Shown here in pieces: positions 1 through 7,468 of a stretch of 33,754 bases of DNA. The position numbers and the translations under genes were made by a program. How positions within the stretch are numbered: the stretch's first letter is position 1; each line of letters begins with the position of its first letter. The notes beneath the pieces were generated by a model. It worked only from the letters and a program-made list of their open reading frames with translations. It was not told the origin of the DNA and searched no databases. This DNA is from Dehalococcoidia bacterium. Lineage in GTDB: Bacteria; Chloroflexota; Dehalococcoidia; Dehalococcoidales; W693. The DNA lies in NCBI GenBank assembly GCA_011170385.1, contig DUFE01000087.1, forward strand, positions 1 to 33,754, in the 5' to 3' direction.

Positions 1-1
1 A

Positions 2-202
2 TCCTGGCAGAGGGACGATTTCTGGGGCTACGAGGTGGCTGCAGAAATCCCCGGCGTCGAGATAGACAGATTCGATCTTAAGCGTTACTACTCCGTTGAG
101 CAGATAAAGGACCTGTCGGAGAAACTGAAGCAGGAGAGGCTGGAGTGGCTTGCCGGCTTCCCCGGACTCGATAAGAGTATAATTGGTGCCTTGAAACCAT
201 AG
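2..202 (+). CDS. 3' end of an unidentified CDS entering from upstream of the window
   Basis: Open frame from the window edge to TAG at 200-202. Translation: ...SWQRDDFWGYEVAAEIPGVEIDRFDLKRYYSVEQIKDLSEKLKQERLEWLAGFPGLDKSIIGALKP*. No family recognised by eye. Confidence 0.4.
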   Translation, partial: SWQRDDFWGYEVAAEIPGVEIDRFDLKRYYSVEQIKDLSEKLKQERLEWLAGFPGLDKSIIGALKP

Positions 203-223
203 TGTTTACTTATGGAATATCTA

Positions 224-267
224 TTACCGCCCCAAAGAGTAGATTATGCCGTGCAAAGGGGCGGTAA
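224..267. terminator. Hairpin between convergent genes (possible bidirectional terminator)
   Basis: Perfect 10-bp inverted repeat TTACCGCCCC (224-233) / GGGGCGGTAA (258-267) with a 24-nt loop. It lies between the stop at 202 and the stop of the minus-strand gene at 311. The loop is large and there is no clean U-tract. Confidence 0.4.
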
Positions 268-310
268 TGATTATTCCAGCTATGTTGCTGTCAAGCTGTT
301 GCTACGGTGA

Positions 311-1015
311 TTACATTATTATCGGGCCTTCGTATGTGATGTACTCCCACCATTCGTACCAATCACCGAAGAAGTCGTTTTCGTAGACGATATCCAGCGG
401 CCAGCAAGCCTGTAGCTCGTGTAACCCGGTTGTGGGGTTAAGCACCCAGGCTTTCACCGATACCGGTCCGTAGGAGATATTCGGCGGCATTGGTAGAACG
501 GCGAACACCTCGAATGCGCCGCAATCATTGGCGACGGCTTCCGCCAGCGGGTAGTTCTCCTCGCATATAGTTACGATAACGGTTTCTCCGGGATCAAAGC
601 AGGCGCCCTTTATGCGGATGGTCTGCCCCGGGTATGCTTCGACCGTGGCCAGCCAGCTCAACGGCCCGAACCAGATCCATGAATCATTTGGATCCCAGGT
701 AACGACAATCTGTCGCACCGATCCTGGTGGTCCCTGCTCACCCTGTGGTCCCTGCTCACCCTGTGGTCCCTGAGGCCCTGCCGGTCCCTGAGGCCCTGCC
801 GGTCCCTGAGGCCCCTGGGGACCTGGTTCACCCTGCGGGCCTGGCTCACCTGGTTCACCCTGTGGACCCTGCTCACCTTGTATGCCCTGCTCACCCTGCG
901 ATCCCTGAGGCCCTGCTGATCCCTGCGCACCTTCGGGTCCGGTACAACCAACTGCCGGAATCAAGACAAGAGCGATAATGGTAATAATAATGAATGACTT
1001 ATATAGGATTTTCAT
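311..1015 (-). CDS. Collagen-like (Gly-X-Y repeat) lipoprotein with a globular C-terminal domain
   Basis: 234-aa ORF with RBS AAGGAGG upstream. The N-terminal signal peptide has a lipobox-like AVGC. 24 uninterrupted GXY triplets follow ([13 protein letters not shown]...GEQGPPG). The C-terminal domain of about 135 aa is Trp/Cys-rich. Confidence 0.85.
   Translation of the reverse strand: MKILYKSFIIITIIALVLIPAVGCTGPEGAQGSAGPQGSQGEQGIQGEQGPQGEPGEPGPQGEPGPQGPQGPAGPQGPAGPQGPQGEQGPQGEQGPPGSVRQIVVTWDPNDSWIWFGPLSWLATVEAYPGQTIRIKGACFDPGETVIVTICEENYPLAEAVANDCGAFEVFAVLPMPPNISYGPVSVKAWVLNPTTGLHELQACWPLDIVYENDFFGDWYEWWEYITYEGPIIM
722..940. repeat. Tandem, imperfect 9/18-bp repeats encoding the GXY tract
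   Basis: Tandem 18-mers are visible, for example tggtccctgctcaccctg x2 (727-762) and gtccctgaggccctgccg x2 (764-799). All reading frames stay open here, which explains the spurious track ORFs 658-951 and 727-978. Confidence 0.8.
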
Positions 1016-1140
1016 AATTACCTCCTTATTATAAAGTAGGTGTTGAGATTATAGGTGCTTACTAAATACGAGTCAAGGGTTAGCTTTTGGATTGAGATAA
1101 AATACGAATTACTACTTGATTGGTAGGGGATTATAAAGGT

Positions 1141-1216
1141 TGGCGCGCCTAGAGGGATTCGAACCCACGACACTCGGTTCCGAAGACCGATGCTCTGTCC
1201 ACTGAGCTATAGGCGC
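1141..1216 (-). tRNA. tRNA-Arg (anticodon UCG)
   Basis: The reverse complement folds as a cloverleaf: acceptor GCGCCTA/TAGGCGC, anticodon stem TCGGT/ACCGA, loop CTTCGGA, T-loop TTCGAAT, encoded CCA. There is one U-U mismatch in the T stem. Confidence 0.9.
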
Positions 1217-1226
1217 AATACCATAT

Positions 1227-1304
1227 TGGGGTGAGTGGAGGGATTTGAACCCTCGATCTCCAGGGCCACAACCTGGCGCCTTAGACCACTGGGCTACACT
1301 CACC
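1227..1304 (-). tRNA. tRNA-His (anticodon GUG) with encoded G-1
   Basis: The reverse complement is G-GTGAGTG...CACTCAC-C-CCA. Anticodon stem CCAGG/CCTGG, loop TTGTGGC, T arm GAGGG-TTCAAAT-CCCTC. The extra 5' G pairs with discriminator C, which is typical of tRNA-His. Confidence 0.9.
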
Positions 1305-1356
1305 AGGATACGGGATTATTATAGCTAAAAAGAGCCTGCCTTTCAATGAAAGATAG

Positions 1357-1626
1357 CTATCTATAAACCAGCTCTACCATGGTAACGCCGTTACCCCCCT
1401 CCCCATAGACGCCAGGCCGAAATGACTTTACCAGTGGGTGCTTCGAAAGATACTGACGTACCGCCTGCCGCAGCATCCCGGTACCTTTACCATGGACGAT
1501 GCGAATGTTAGATATCCCTGCCATAAACGCTCTGTCTAAATATTCATCCAGCTTGGGCAGGGCTTCATCTAGGGTTAGCCGCCGCAAATGGATTTCGCTA
1601 TCAATTTGTTTATCGCTGCTCATCAT
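1357..1626 (-). CDS. Smr (MutS2 C-terminal-like) domain protein
   Basis: 89 aa. LDEALPKLDEYLDRAFMAGISNIRIVHGKGTGMLRQAVRQYL matches the Smr domain pattern (HGxGxGxLR). Confidence 0.8.
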   Translation of the reverse strand: MMSSDKQIDSEIHLRRLTLDEALPKLDEYLDRAFMAGISNIRIVHGKGTGMLRQAVRQYLSKHPLVKSFRPGVYGEGGNGVTMVELVYR

Positions 1627-1681
1627 CGTTATTTAATTATAAAGGGCTATTTGATTGATATATTATACTATTGTGATGATG

Positions 1682-1711
1682 TTGACAATAAATATATGAT
1701 TGCCTTATTAT
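1682..1711 (+). promoter_or_regulatory. Candidate sigma70-type promoter for hisF
   Basis: TTGACA (1682-1687), 18-nt spacer, TATTAT (1706-1711), about 60 nt upstream of the hisF ATG. Confidence 0.35.
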
Positions 1712-1773
1712 GGAATACGGTAAGCAATTTCCTATATAACGTTATCGTAATTAAAGTTAGATATGGGGGTAGA

Positions 1774-2544
1774 ATGGAGAAAGCAGTAAAGGTTATACCG
1801 TGTTTGGACATCAAGGAGGGAAGAGTGGTCAAGGGGGTCAGGTTCGTTAACCTTAAAGACGCCCGCGATCCAGTGGAGGCGGCAATCGCTTATTGTCAGC
1901 AGGGAGCCGATGAGCTGGTCTTCCTCGATATAGCGGCTACGGTAGAGGGTAGAGGCACTATGCTTGAATGGGTCAGGAGGGTTGCCGATAAAGTTACTGT
2001 TCCCTTTGCCGTTGGCGGCGGCATCAGAAATACTGATGATATGAAAGCCCTGCGCCAGCTCGGCGTCGATAAGGTATCGATAAACACGGCGGCGGTGAGA
2101 GAGCCGGCGCTGATAAAGAAAGCCAGCCAGCAGTTCGGTAAAGAGAAACTGGTGGTAGCCATCGACGGGCGAAAGAACAAACCGGGCAGCGGTTTACCCA
2201 GACTGGAGGTGGTTGTTAGCGGCGGCAAGGAAGCGACGGGTATGGATATCGTCGATTGGGCAAAGATGGTTGAGAGGCTAGGTGCCGGCGAGATACTGCT
2301 TACCAGCAAGGACGCCGATGGAACCAAAGACGGCTATGACATAGAGATGACGCGGGCGGTGGCGGAGGCGGTAACGATTCCAGTAACAGCTTCCGGCGGC
2401 GCCGGCAAGCTGGAACACCTGTATCAGGCTGTCGTCGAAGGCAAGGCTTCGGCGGTGCTGGCGGCATCCATCTTTCATTTTGGCGAAATATCTATCCCGC
2501 AGGCGAAGCAATACCTCAAAGAAAAGGGCATTGCCGTGAATTAA
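1774..2544 (+). CDS. hisF: Imidazole glycerol phosphate synthase cyclase subunit
   Basis: MEKAVKVIPCLDIKEGRVVKGVRFVNL...GADELVFLDI...SGGAG is classic HisF. The start is set at ATG 1774 (GGGGGT RBS) rather than the track start at 1588, which adds an AT-rich non-homologous extension overlapping the Smr gene. Confidence 0.95.
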   Translation: MEKAVKVIPCLDIKEGRVVKGVRFVNLKDARDPVEAAIAYCQQGADELVFLDIAATVEGRGTMLEWVRRVADKVTVPFAVGGGIRNTDDMKALRQLGVDKVSINTAAVREPALIKKASQQFGKEKLVVAIDGRKNKPGSGLPRLEVVVSGGKEATGMDIVDWAKMVERLGAGEILLTSKDADGTKDGYDIEMTRAVAEAVTIPVTASGGAGKLEHLYQAVVEGKASAVLAASIFHFGEISIPQAKQYLKEKGIAVN

Positions 2545-2565
2545 ATAAATACAGGAAGGTAAAGT

Positions 2566-4161
2566 ATGAATCTACAAAGACCAAACGCCAACGACGCTAC
2601 CCGAACCACCAACCGCTCTAAGAGCATCGTGCCGATGAGCGGGCTATGTACCCGCTGTCTGGACGGCTGCACAGGTAACTGCGAGGTGTTTAAAGCCTCC
2701 TTCCGTGGGCGGGAGCTTATTTACCCCGGCCCGTTCGGAGAAATAACTGCCGGGGGTGATAAAGACTACCCGGTAGACTATTCTCACTTCAGCATACACG
2801 GCTATGCCATGGGGGCTAATGGACTTCCCGAGGGAGTAGTCGGCGACCCGGATACGGCTACCTTCCCGGCTGTTGATACGGAAACGGAATACGGCTGGGA
2901 TATCAAGGTAAGAATGAAGGTACCAATATTCACAGGCGCCCTCGGCTCTACGGAGATAGCGCGAAAGAATTGGGAGCACTTCGCCGTAGGCGCTGCCATC
3001 AGCGGTATAACCGCAGTCTGCGGCGAGAATGTCTGTGGTATCGACCCACAGCTTGAGCGCAATGCCGACGGCAAGGTTACGCTGGCGCCGGATATGGACC
3101 GGCGAATAGAAATCTACCGGCGCTACCATAGCGGCTATGGCGAGATTCTGGTGCAAATGAATGTAGAGGATACCAGGCTGGGTGTAGCTGAATATGTTCT
3201 GAACAAGCATGGTCTGGACACCATAGAGCTAAAGTGGGGGCAGGGTGCCAAGTGTATCGGCGGCGAGATCAAGGTCAACAGCTTAGAGCGCGCTCTGGAG
3301 CTGCAGAAACGTGGCTACATCGTTACTCCAGACCCCTCCGACCCGCTCAACCAAGCTGCCTTTAAGGACGGCGCCCTGAAGGAATTTGAGCGGCACAGCC
3401 GCCTTGGATTTATAGATGAAGAAGGCTTCCTAGTTGAAGTGCAGCGGCTTCGCAACCTCGGTTTCAAGCGTATCACCTTAAAGACCGGGGCTTACGGGTT
3501 GCGTGAGCTGGCGATGGCTTTGAAGTGGGGCTCTAGGGCTAAGATCGACCTGCTGACCATAGACGGCGCCCCCGGCGGCACTGGAATGAGCCCGTGGCGG
3601 ATGATGGAAGAATGGGGTGTCCCCAGTCTGTATCTGCATTCGGCTGCATATAATTTTGCACGAAAGCTGGCTGATATGGGCGAGAGGGTGCCCGACATGG
3701 CTTTTGCCGGCGGTTTCAGCAGCGAAGACCATGTGTTCAAGGCACTGGCTCTGGGCGCACCATACACCAGGGCGGTGTGTATGGGCAGAGCGCTGATGAT
3801 TCCGGGTATGGTCGGCAAGAACATCGCTGCATGGTTGAAAGAAGGGAAGCTACCAAATACAATCAGTCAGTTCGGCTCGACAGTAGAGGAGATATTCATT
3901 AACTATGAGGATGTCAAGGGATTAGTCGGATCTGAGGAAATAAATAAGATTCCGATGGGCGCAATCGGTATTTACAGCTACTCGGAGAAGATAAGAATAG
4001 GATTGCAGCAGCTTATGGCGGGCGCCAGGTGTTTTAATATCCCGGCGATAACACGCAACGAGCTGATGTCCCTGACCGAGGAATGCACACGGGTATCCGG
4101 CATACCCTATGTCATGGATGATAGATATCATGAAGCAATGGCAATTCTGGAGGGCAGGTAA
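2566..4161 (+). CDS. FMN-binding glutamate synthase family protein (stand-alone GltB central-domain type) with N-terminal Cys cluster
   Basis: 531 aa. CTRCLDGCTGNCEV Cys motif, TIELKWGQGAKCIGGEIK, and IDGAPGGTGMSP resemble the Glu_synthase FMN/substrate domain. RBS GGAAGG upstream. Confidence 0.8.
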   Translation: MNLQRPNANDATRTTNRSKSIVPMSGLCTRCLDGCTGNCEVFKASFRGRELIYPGPFGEITAGGDKDYPVDYSHFSIHGYAMGANGLPEGVVGDPDTATFPAVDTETEYGWDIKVRMKVPIFTGALGSTEIARKNWEHFAVGAAISGITAVCGENVCGIDPQLERNADGKVTLAPDMDRRIEIYRRYHSGYGEILVQMNVEDTRLGVAEYVLNKHGLDTIELKWGQGAKCIGGEIKVNSLERALELQKRGYIVTPDPSDPLNQAAFKDGALKEFERHSRLGFIDEEGFLVEVQRLRNLGFKRITLKTGAYGLRELAMALKWGSRAKIDLLTIDGAPGGTGMSPWRMMEEWGVPSLYLHSAAYNFARKLADMGERVPDMAFAGGFSSEDHVFKALALGAPYTRAVCMGRALMIPGMVGKNIAAWLKEGKLPNTISQFGSTVEEIFINYEDVKGLVGSEEINKIPMGAIGIYSYSEKIRIGLQQLMAGARCFNIPAITRNELMSLTEECTRVSGIPYVMDDRYHEAMAILEGR

Positions 4162-4192
4162 CGCACTGGCAATGACCGTATTGCTATAGGAG

Positions 4193-5203
4193 GTGAAAGT
4201 GATAGTCGGAGAAGAGAGCCGGGAGGTGGAAAGGGCGAAGATAGCCATCCTGAGGATACTGGATGATCACCCGGGGGCTATAGGTAGCTATATCATCGCC
4301 AGACGCCTTAAAGATGAATATGGCATCGAACTATCGGAGAGAGCGGTCAGGTACCATCTACGGCTTTTAGACGAAAGAGGCTTGACCCAGAAGGTGAGCG
4401 GCCGCGACGGGCGGGATATTACCCGGAAGGGAATCGAGGAATTAAAGAATGCCATGGTCGCTGACAAGGTTGGCTTTGTCATCGACAGGATTGAGCTGTT
4501 ATCATACCTTACCACGTTTGACATAGACCGGCGGCAGGGTATGCTGCCGATAAATATATCGGTATTCCCACGCGAAAAGTTCAAGCCGGCGCTTAAGGCG
4601 ATGTCTGTCGCCTTTAAGGCAGAGATGTGTGTCAGCGACCTGGTGGCGGTGGTCGATGAGGGGGGAAAGCTGGGGGATGTACTAATACCCGAGGGCAATA
4701 CGGGTTTGGCTACCGTCTGCAGCATAATTATCAATGGGGCTCTGTTAAAAAAAGGCATACCTATGGATTCCAGGTTCGGCGGACTACTTCAAATGCGGGA
4801 AAGGGAGCCCTGGCGATTCACCGAACTGATAGAATACGCAGGCTCCTCTCTGGACCCATCGGAGATTATGATTGCCAGCCGTATGACCAGCGTAAGGGAC
4901 ATAATAAGCAGCGGTAATGGCAAGATGCTGGCTAACTTCCGCGAGGTTCCGGTGTTGAGTGTGCCGGTGGTGGGGGAGGTTATGAGTAAGCTGGGTGAAG
5001 CCGGTATTGGCGGCTTGACCATGATGGGCGAGGTGGGTAAGCCGGTGTGCGAGGTTCCGGTTGGGTTAAACAAGGTCGGTATGGTGCTTACTGGCGGCTT
5101 GAACCCGGTGGCGGCGGCAGTGGAGGCTGGCATAAGCACAACTAATATAGCTATGGGTGGACTTATCGATTATATAGAGCTTAAAAGCTTCTGGGATTTA
5201 TAA
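4193..5203 (+). CDS. NrpR-like (winged-helix + DUF128) nitrogen regulatory repressor homologue
   Basis: 336 aa. The N-terminal wHTH (ILRILDDHPGAIGSYIIARRLKDEYGIELSERAVRYHLRLLDERGL) is followed by one DUF128/NrpR-type domain. GTG 4199 fits the AGGAGG RBS (4188-4193) better than GTG 4193. Confidence 0.7.
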   Translation: MKVIVGEESREVERAKIAILRILDDHPGAIGSYIIARRLKDEYGIELSERAVRYHLRLLDERGLTQKVSGRDGRDITRKGIEELKNAMVADKVGFVIDRIELLSYLTTFDIDRRQGMLPINISVFPREKFKPALKAMSVAFKAEMCVSDLVAVVDEGGKLGDVLIPEGNTGLATVCSIIINGALLKKGIPMDSRFGGLLQMREREPWRFTELIEYAGSSLDPSEIMIASRMTSVRDIISSGNGKMLANFREVPVLSVPVVGEVMSKLGEAGIGGLTMMGEVGKPVCEVPVGLNKVGMVLTGGLNPVAAAVEAGISTTNIAMGGLIDYIELKSFWDL

Positions 5204-5399
5204 TATTTGTGAAAGTTATAAAGGGTCGTTGGCATCTTTATACCTGTTTTTCTCCATCAATACTCTACTTTTATTTTAATCTCCACCCTGCCTCTCCTCT
5301 TGTTATTTAGCCATTAACATCCTGCCCCAATCGCCCTTGGTGTGTTTTTTAAATATCAGAAGGCAACACTATCATTAATGTGTAAACCAGTGAACCATA

Positions 5400-5428
5400 T
5401 TGACACATTAAAAGCACGGGGATAACAT
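5400..5428 (+). promoter_or_regulatory. Candidate promoter for the SHOCT/SOD unit
   Basis: TTGACA (5400-5405), 17-nt spacer, TAACAT (5423-5428). The -35 is overlapped by the right arm of a 9-bp inverted repeat. Confidence 0.35.
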
Positions 5429-5479
5429 GTCACTGGGGGGAAATAGATTATACCGGGAGGTGTTAATGTGATATGGTAA

Positions 5480-5701
5480 GATGGTTCGGGCTGGTGGTGG
5501 TTTTCTAGCTGGCTATTCATACTTCTGTGTGGTTTAGGCTTTGCCGGGTTTATCTATTTCATCATATGGGCGATTGGTAAACAGGGTAAGGGTGGCAGAT
5601 CGTCTATTGAGAGTAATGCCTTAGAGATAGCCAAGGAAAGATATGCTAAAGGTGAGATATCTAAGGAAGAGTTCGAGCAGATAAAGAAGGATTTGGCATA
5701 G
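5480..5701 (+). CDS. Small SHOCT-domain membrane protein with unresolved start (possibly a pseudogene or sequence error)
   Basis: Open frame translation: DGSGWWWFSSWLFILLCGLGFAGFIYFIIWAIGKQGKGGRSSIESNALEIAKERYAKGEISKEEFEQIKKDLA*, with TAG at 5699-5701. The C-terminus is a typical SHOCT motif. There is no in-frame ATG/GTG/TTG after the TAA at 5477-5479. This ORF is not in the supplied track. Confidence 0.45.
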   Translation, partial: DGSGWWWFSSWLFILLCGLGFAGFIYFIIWAIGKQGKGGRSSIESNALEIAKERYAKGEISKEEFEQIKKDLA

Positions 5702-5726
5702 ATGAAGAGGCAAAACGATAACGGAG

Positions 5727-6323
5727 GTGAAAACAGTGTCTTATACCGTAAAAGATTTCAGTAATCTGATTGGTATGGAAGGTTTCAGTGAAACGCTGCT
5801 TAACAACCACTTCACCCTCTACCAGGGATATGTTAACAATACTAATAAGCTTTTGACGATGCTGGATTCAATGATGAAAGATGGCAAGCTTGGCACACCG
5901 GAGTATGCCGAGCTTAAAAGGCGTCTCGGCTTTGAGTTCAACGGTATGCGCCTGCACGAATACTACTTCGGTAATCTGAGCGATGGACAGACTATAGACG
6001 CATCCGGAAGGCTTTTTAGGAAACTGGTCGGAGACTTCGGCAGCTATGAAGAATGGGAAAAGGACTTCAAGGGTACGGGGATGATGCGTGGCATAGGTTG
6101 GGTTATCCTGTATCAGGATAATGTAAGCGGCAGGCTTATCAACCAGTGGATAAACGAACACGAAACAGGCCACCTTGCCGGTTGTATCCCGATGCTGATA
6201 ATGGATGTCTTCGAGCACGCCTACATGATTGATTACGGGCTGAAAAGGGCTGACTATATAGAGGTGTTTTTCAATAATATAGATTGGGTTGCGGTCGAGG
6301 GCAGGTTAAAACAAATAATATAA
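5727..6323 (+). CDS. Fe/Mn superoxide dismutase family protein
   Basis: 198 aa. It has the NNHFTLYQGYVNN, GMRLHEYYF and DVFEHAYMIDYG motifs (His/His/Asp/His ligand positions of Fe/Mn SOD). GTG 5736 fits the GGAGGTG RBS (5723-5729) better than GTG 5727. Confidence 0.8.
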   Translation: MKTVSYTVKDFSNLIGMEGFSETLLNNHFTLYQGYVNNTNKLLTMLDSMMKDGKLGTPEYAELKRRLGFEFNGMRLHEYYFGNLSDGQTIDASGRLFRKLVGDFGSYEEWEKDFKGTGMMRGIGWVILYQDNVSGRLINQWINEHETGHLAGCIPMLIMDVFEHAYMIDYGLKRADYIEVFFNNIDWVAVEGRLKQII

Positions 6324-6406
6324 CTGAAATGTAACCCTATTCCTATTGACATTGCAGCAGCAATGATTTATGCTTGCTGCAAAGCTGTTAATAGGAGGGT
6401 AAACTG

Positions 6407-6547
6407 ATGCAAGGATATTGTGTTAAGTGCCGCGCCAAGAGAGAAATGAAGGATGCCAAGGCTATCACAATGAAGAATGGCAGACCGGCAACGCAGGGTG
6501 TTTGCCCTGTGTGCGGGACCAAGATGTTCAAGATCGGCAAGTGCTAG
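6407..6547 (+). CDS. Small zinc-ribbon protein (DUF5679-like), 46 aa
   Basis: ATG 6407 follows AGGAGGG. Translation: MQGYCVKCRAKREMKDAKAITMKNGRPATQGVCPVCGTKMFKIGKC*, with two CxxC pairs. The track ORF 6368-6556 (-) is its antisense. Confidence 0.7.
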   Translation: MQGYCVKCRAKREMKDAKAITMKNGRPATQGVCPVCGTKMFKIGKC

Positions 6548-6829
6548 AGCCTGCATTGCGGTCTAAATAGTATCATTAACAATAGACTTAGTAATATTCG
6601 CTATTTTGCCGGCAGTATCAGGTAGAAGTGCCGTGAAACTGCAGAGGTAAAGTTGTGTTTATTCTGTCTCTATTATGTTGATTGCCGCCAGGAGACAGGC
6701 TGTAATCATATCTATATTCAGTTTATTGATTCCAGAGTTGATATGTTAATAAAGGCTTCCCTTGATACCGATGTTAATCGGTGAGCTGGGAAGCCGATTT
6801 GCTATAAAAGCGGAAAGGCTTTTTTACCG

Positions 6830-7468
6830 ATGAAAGATGCCGCCGAGGTTATCAGACGGCTCGAAAGGGAATACCCCGATGCCAGGATAGCGCTTAATTA
6901 TTCCACCCCCCTTGAGCTGCTGGTAGCCGTTGTGCTTTCAGCTCAATGTACGGATGAAGCGGTCAATAAGATAACACAGGGGCTATTTGAGAAATACCGC
7001 ACCGCTGAAGACTACGCCGGAGCGGACAGAGAGCATCTGGAGCAGGATATAAAGTCGACTGGCTTCTACCACAGCAAGGCAAAGAGCCTGATCGGCGCCG
7101 CCGCCAGTATAGTAGCCGATTTCGGAGGCGAGGTTCCCCGTACTATGGCAGAACTTACGTCGCTGCCCGGCGTCGGCCGGAAAACAGCCAACATAGTGCT
7201 ATATAACGCCTTTGGTATAACCGATGGCATCGCCGTGGATACCCACGTAAAGCGGTTATCGGGTCGCATCGGCTTTACCGCTAACAGCGAACCGGAAAAG
7301 ATAGAAAGAGATCTGATGGAGCAGATCCCCAGGGCAATATGGGGGGGTTTCTCATATCTTCTTATTGAGCATGGTAGAGCTATATGTATAGCTAGAAAGC
7401 CGAAGTGCGGGTATTGCATGCTTAAAGATATCTGCCAGTGGGAGCTAAAGGACAGGTTTTCGGGCTAG
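6830..7468 (+). CDS. nth: Endonuclease III (DNA-(apurinic/apyrimidinic site) lyase)
   Basis: 212 aa. HhH-GPD motif LPGVGRKTANIVL, catalytic D in GIAVDTHV, and C-terminal [4Fe-4S] CX6CX2CX5C (CIARKPKCGYCMLKDIC). Confidence 0.95.
   Translation: MKDAAEVIRRLEREYPDARIALNYSTPLELLVAVVLSAQCTDEAVNKITQGLFEKYRTAEDYAGADREHLEQDIKSTGFYHSKAKSLIGAAASIVADFGGEVPRTMAELTSLPGVGRKTANIVLYNAFGITDGIAVDTHVKRLSGRIGFTANSEPEKIERDLMEQIPRAIWGGFSYLLIEHGRAICIARKPKCGYCMLKDICQWELKDRFSG

Noticed and set aside
658-978. Track ORFs 658-951 (-) and 727-978 (+) inside the collagen-like gene
   Set aside because: They are alternative frames or the antisense of the GXY repeat DNA. The repeat keeps all frames open, and their translations are low-complexity R/V/P/A strings with no start context.
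1112-1303. 63-aa ORF on the minus strand
   Set aside because: It lies entirely over the tRNA-Arg and tRNA-His genes. The tRNA cloverleaves explain the sequence.
1712-1732. GGAA-N13-TTCC upstream of hisF as a possible NrpR operator
   Set aside because: The methanogen NrpR operator has a 6-nt spacer. This one has 13 nt and sits inside the presumed hisF promoter or 5' region. It is most likely chance in AT-rich DNA.
1588-1773. Upstream extension of the hisF ORF (track start 1588)
   Set aside because: The extension is AT-rich, has no HisF homology and overlaps the divergent Smr gene start. ATG 1774 has an RBS and gives a canonical HisF N-terminus.
6368-6556. 62-aa minus-strand ORF
   Set aside because: It is antisense to a much more convincing 46-aa zinc-ribbon CDS (RBS, two CxxC pairs) on the plus strand.
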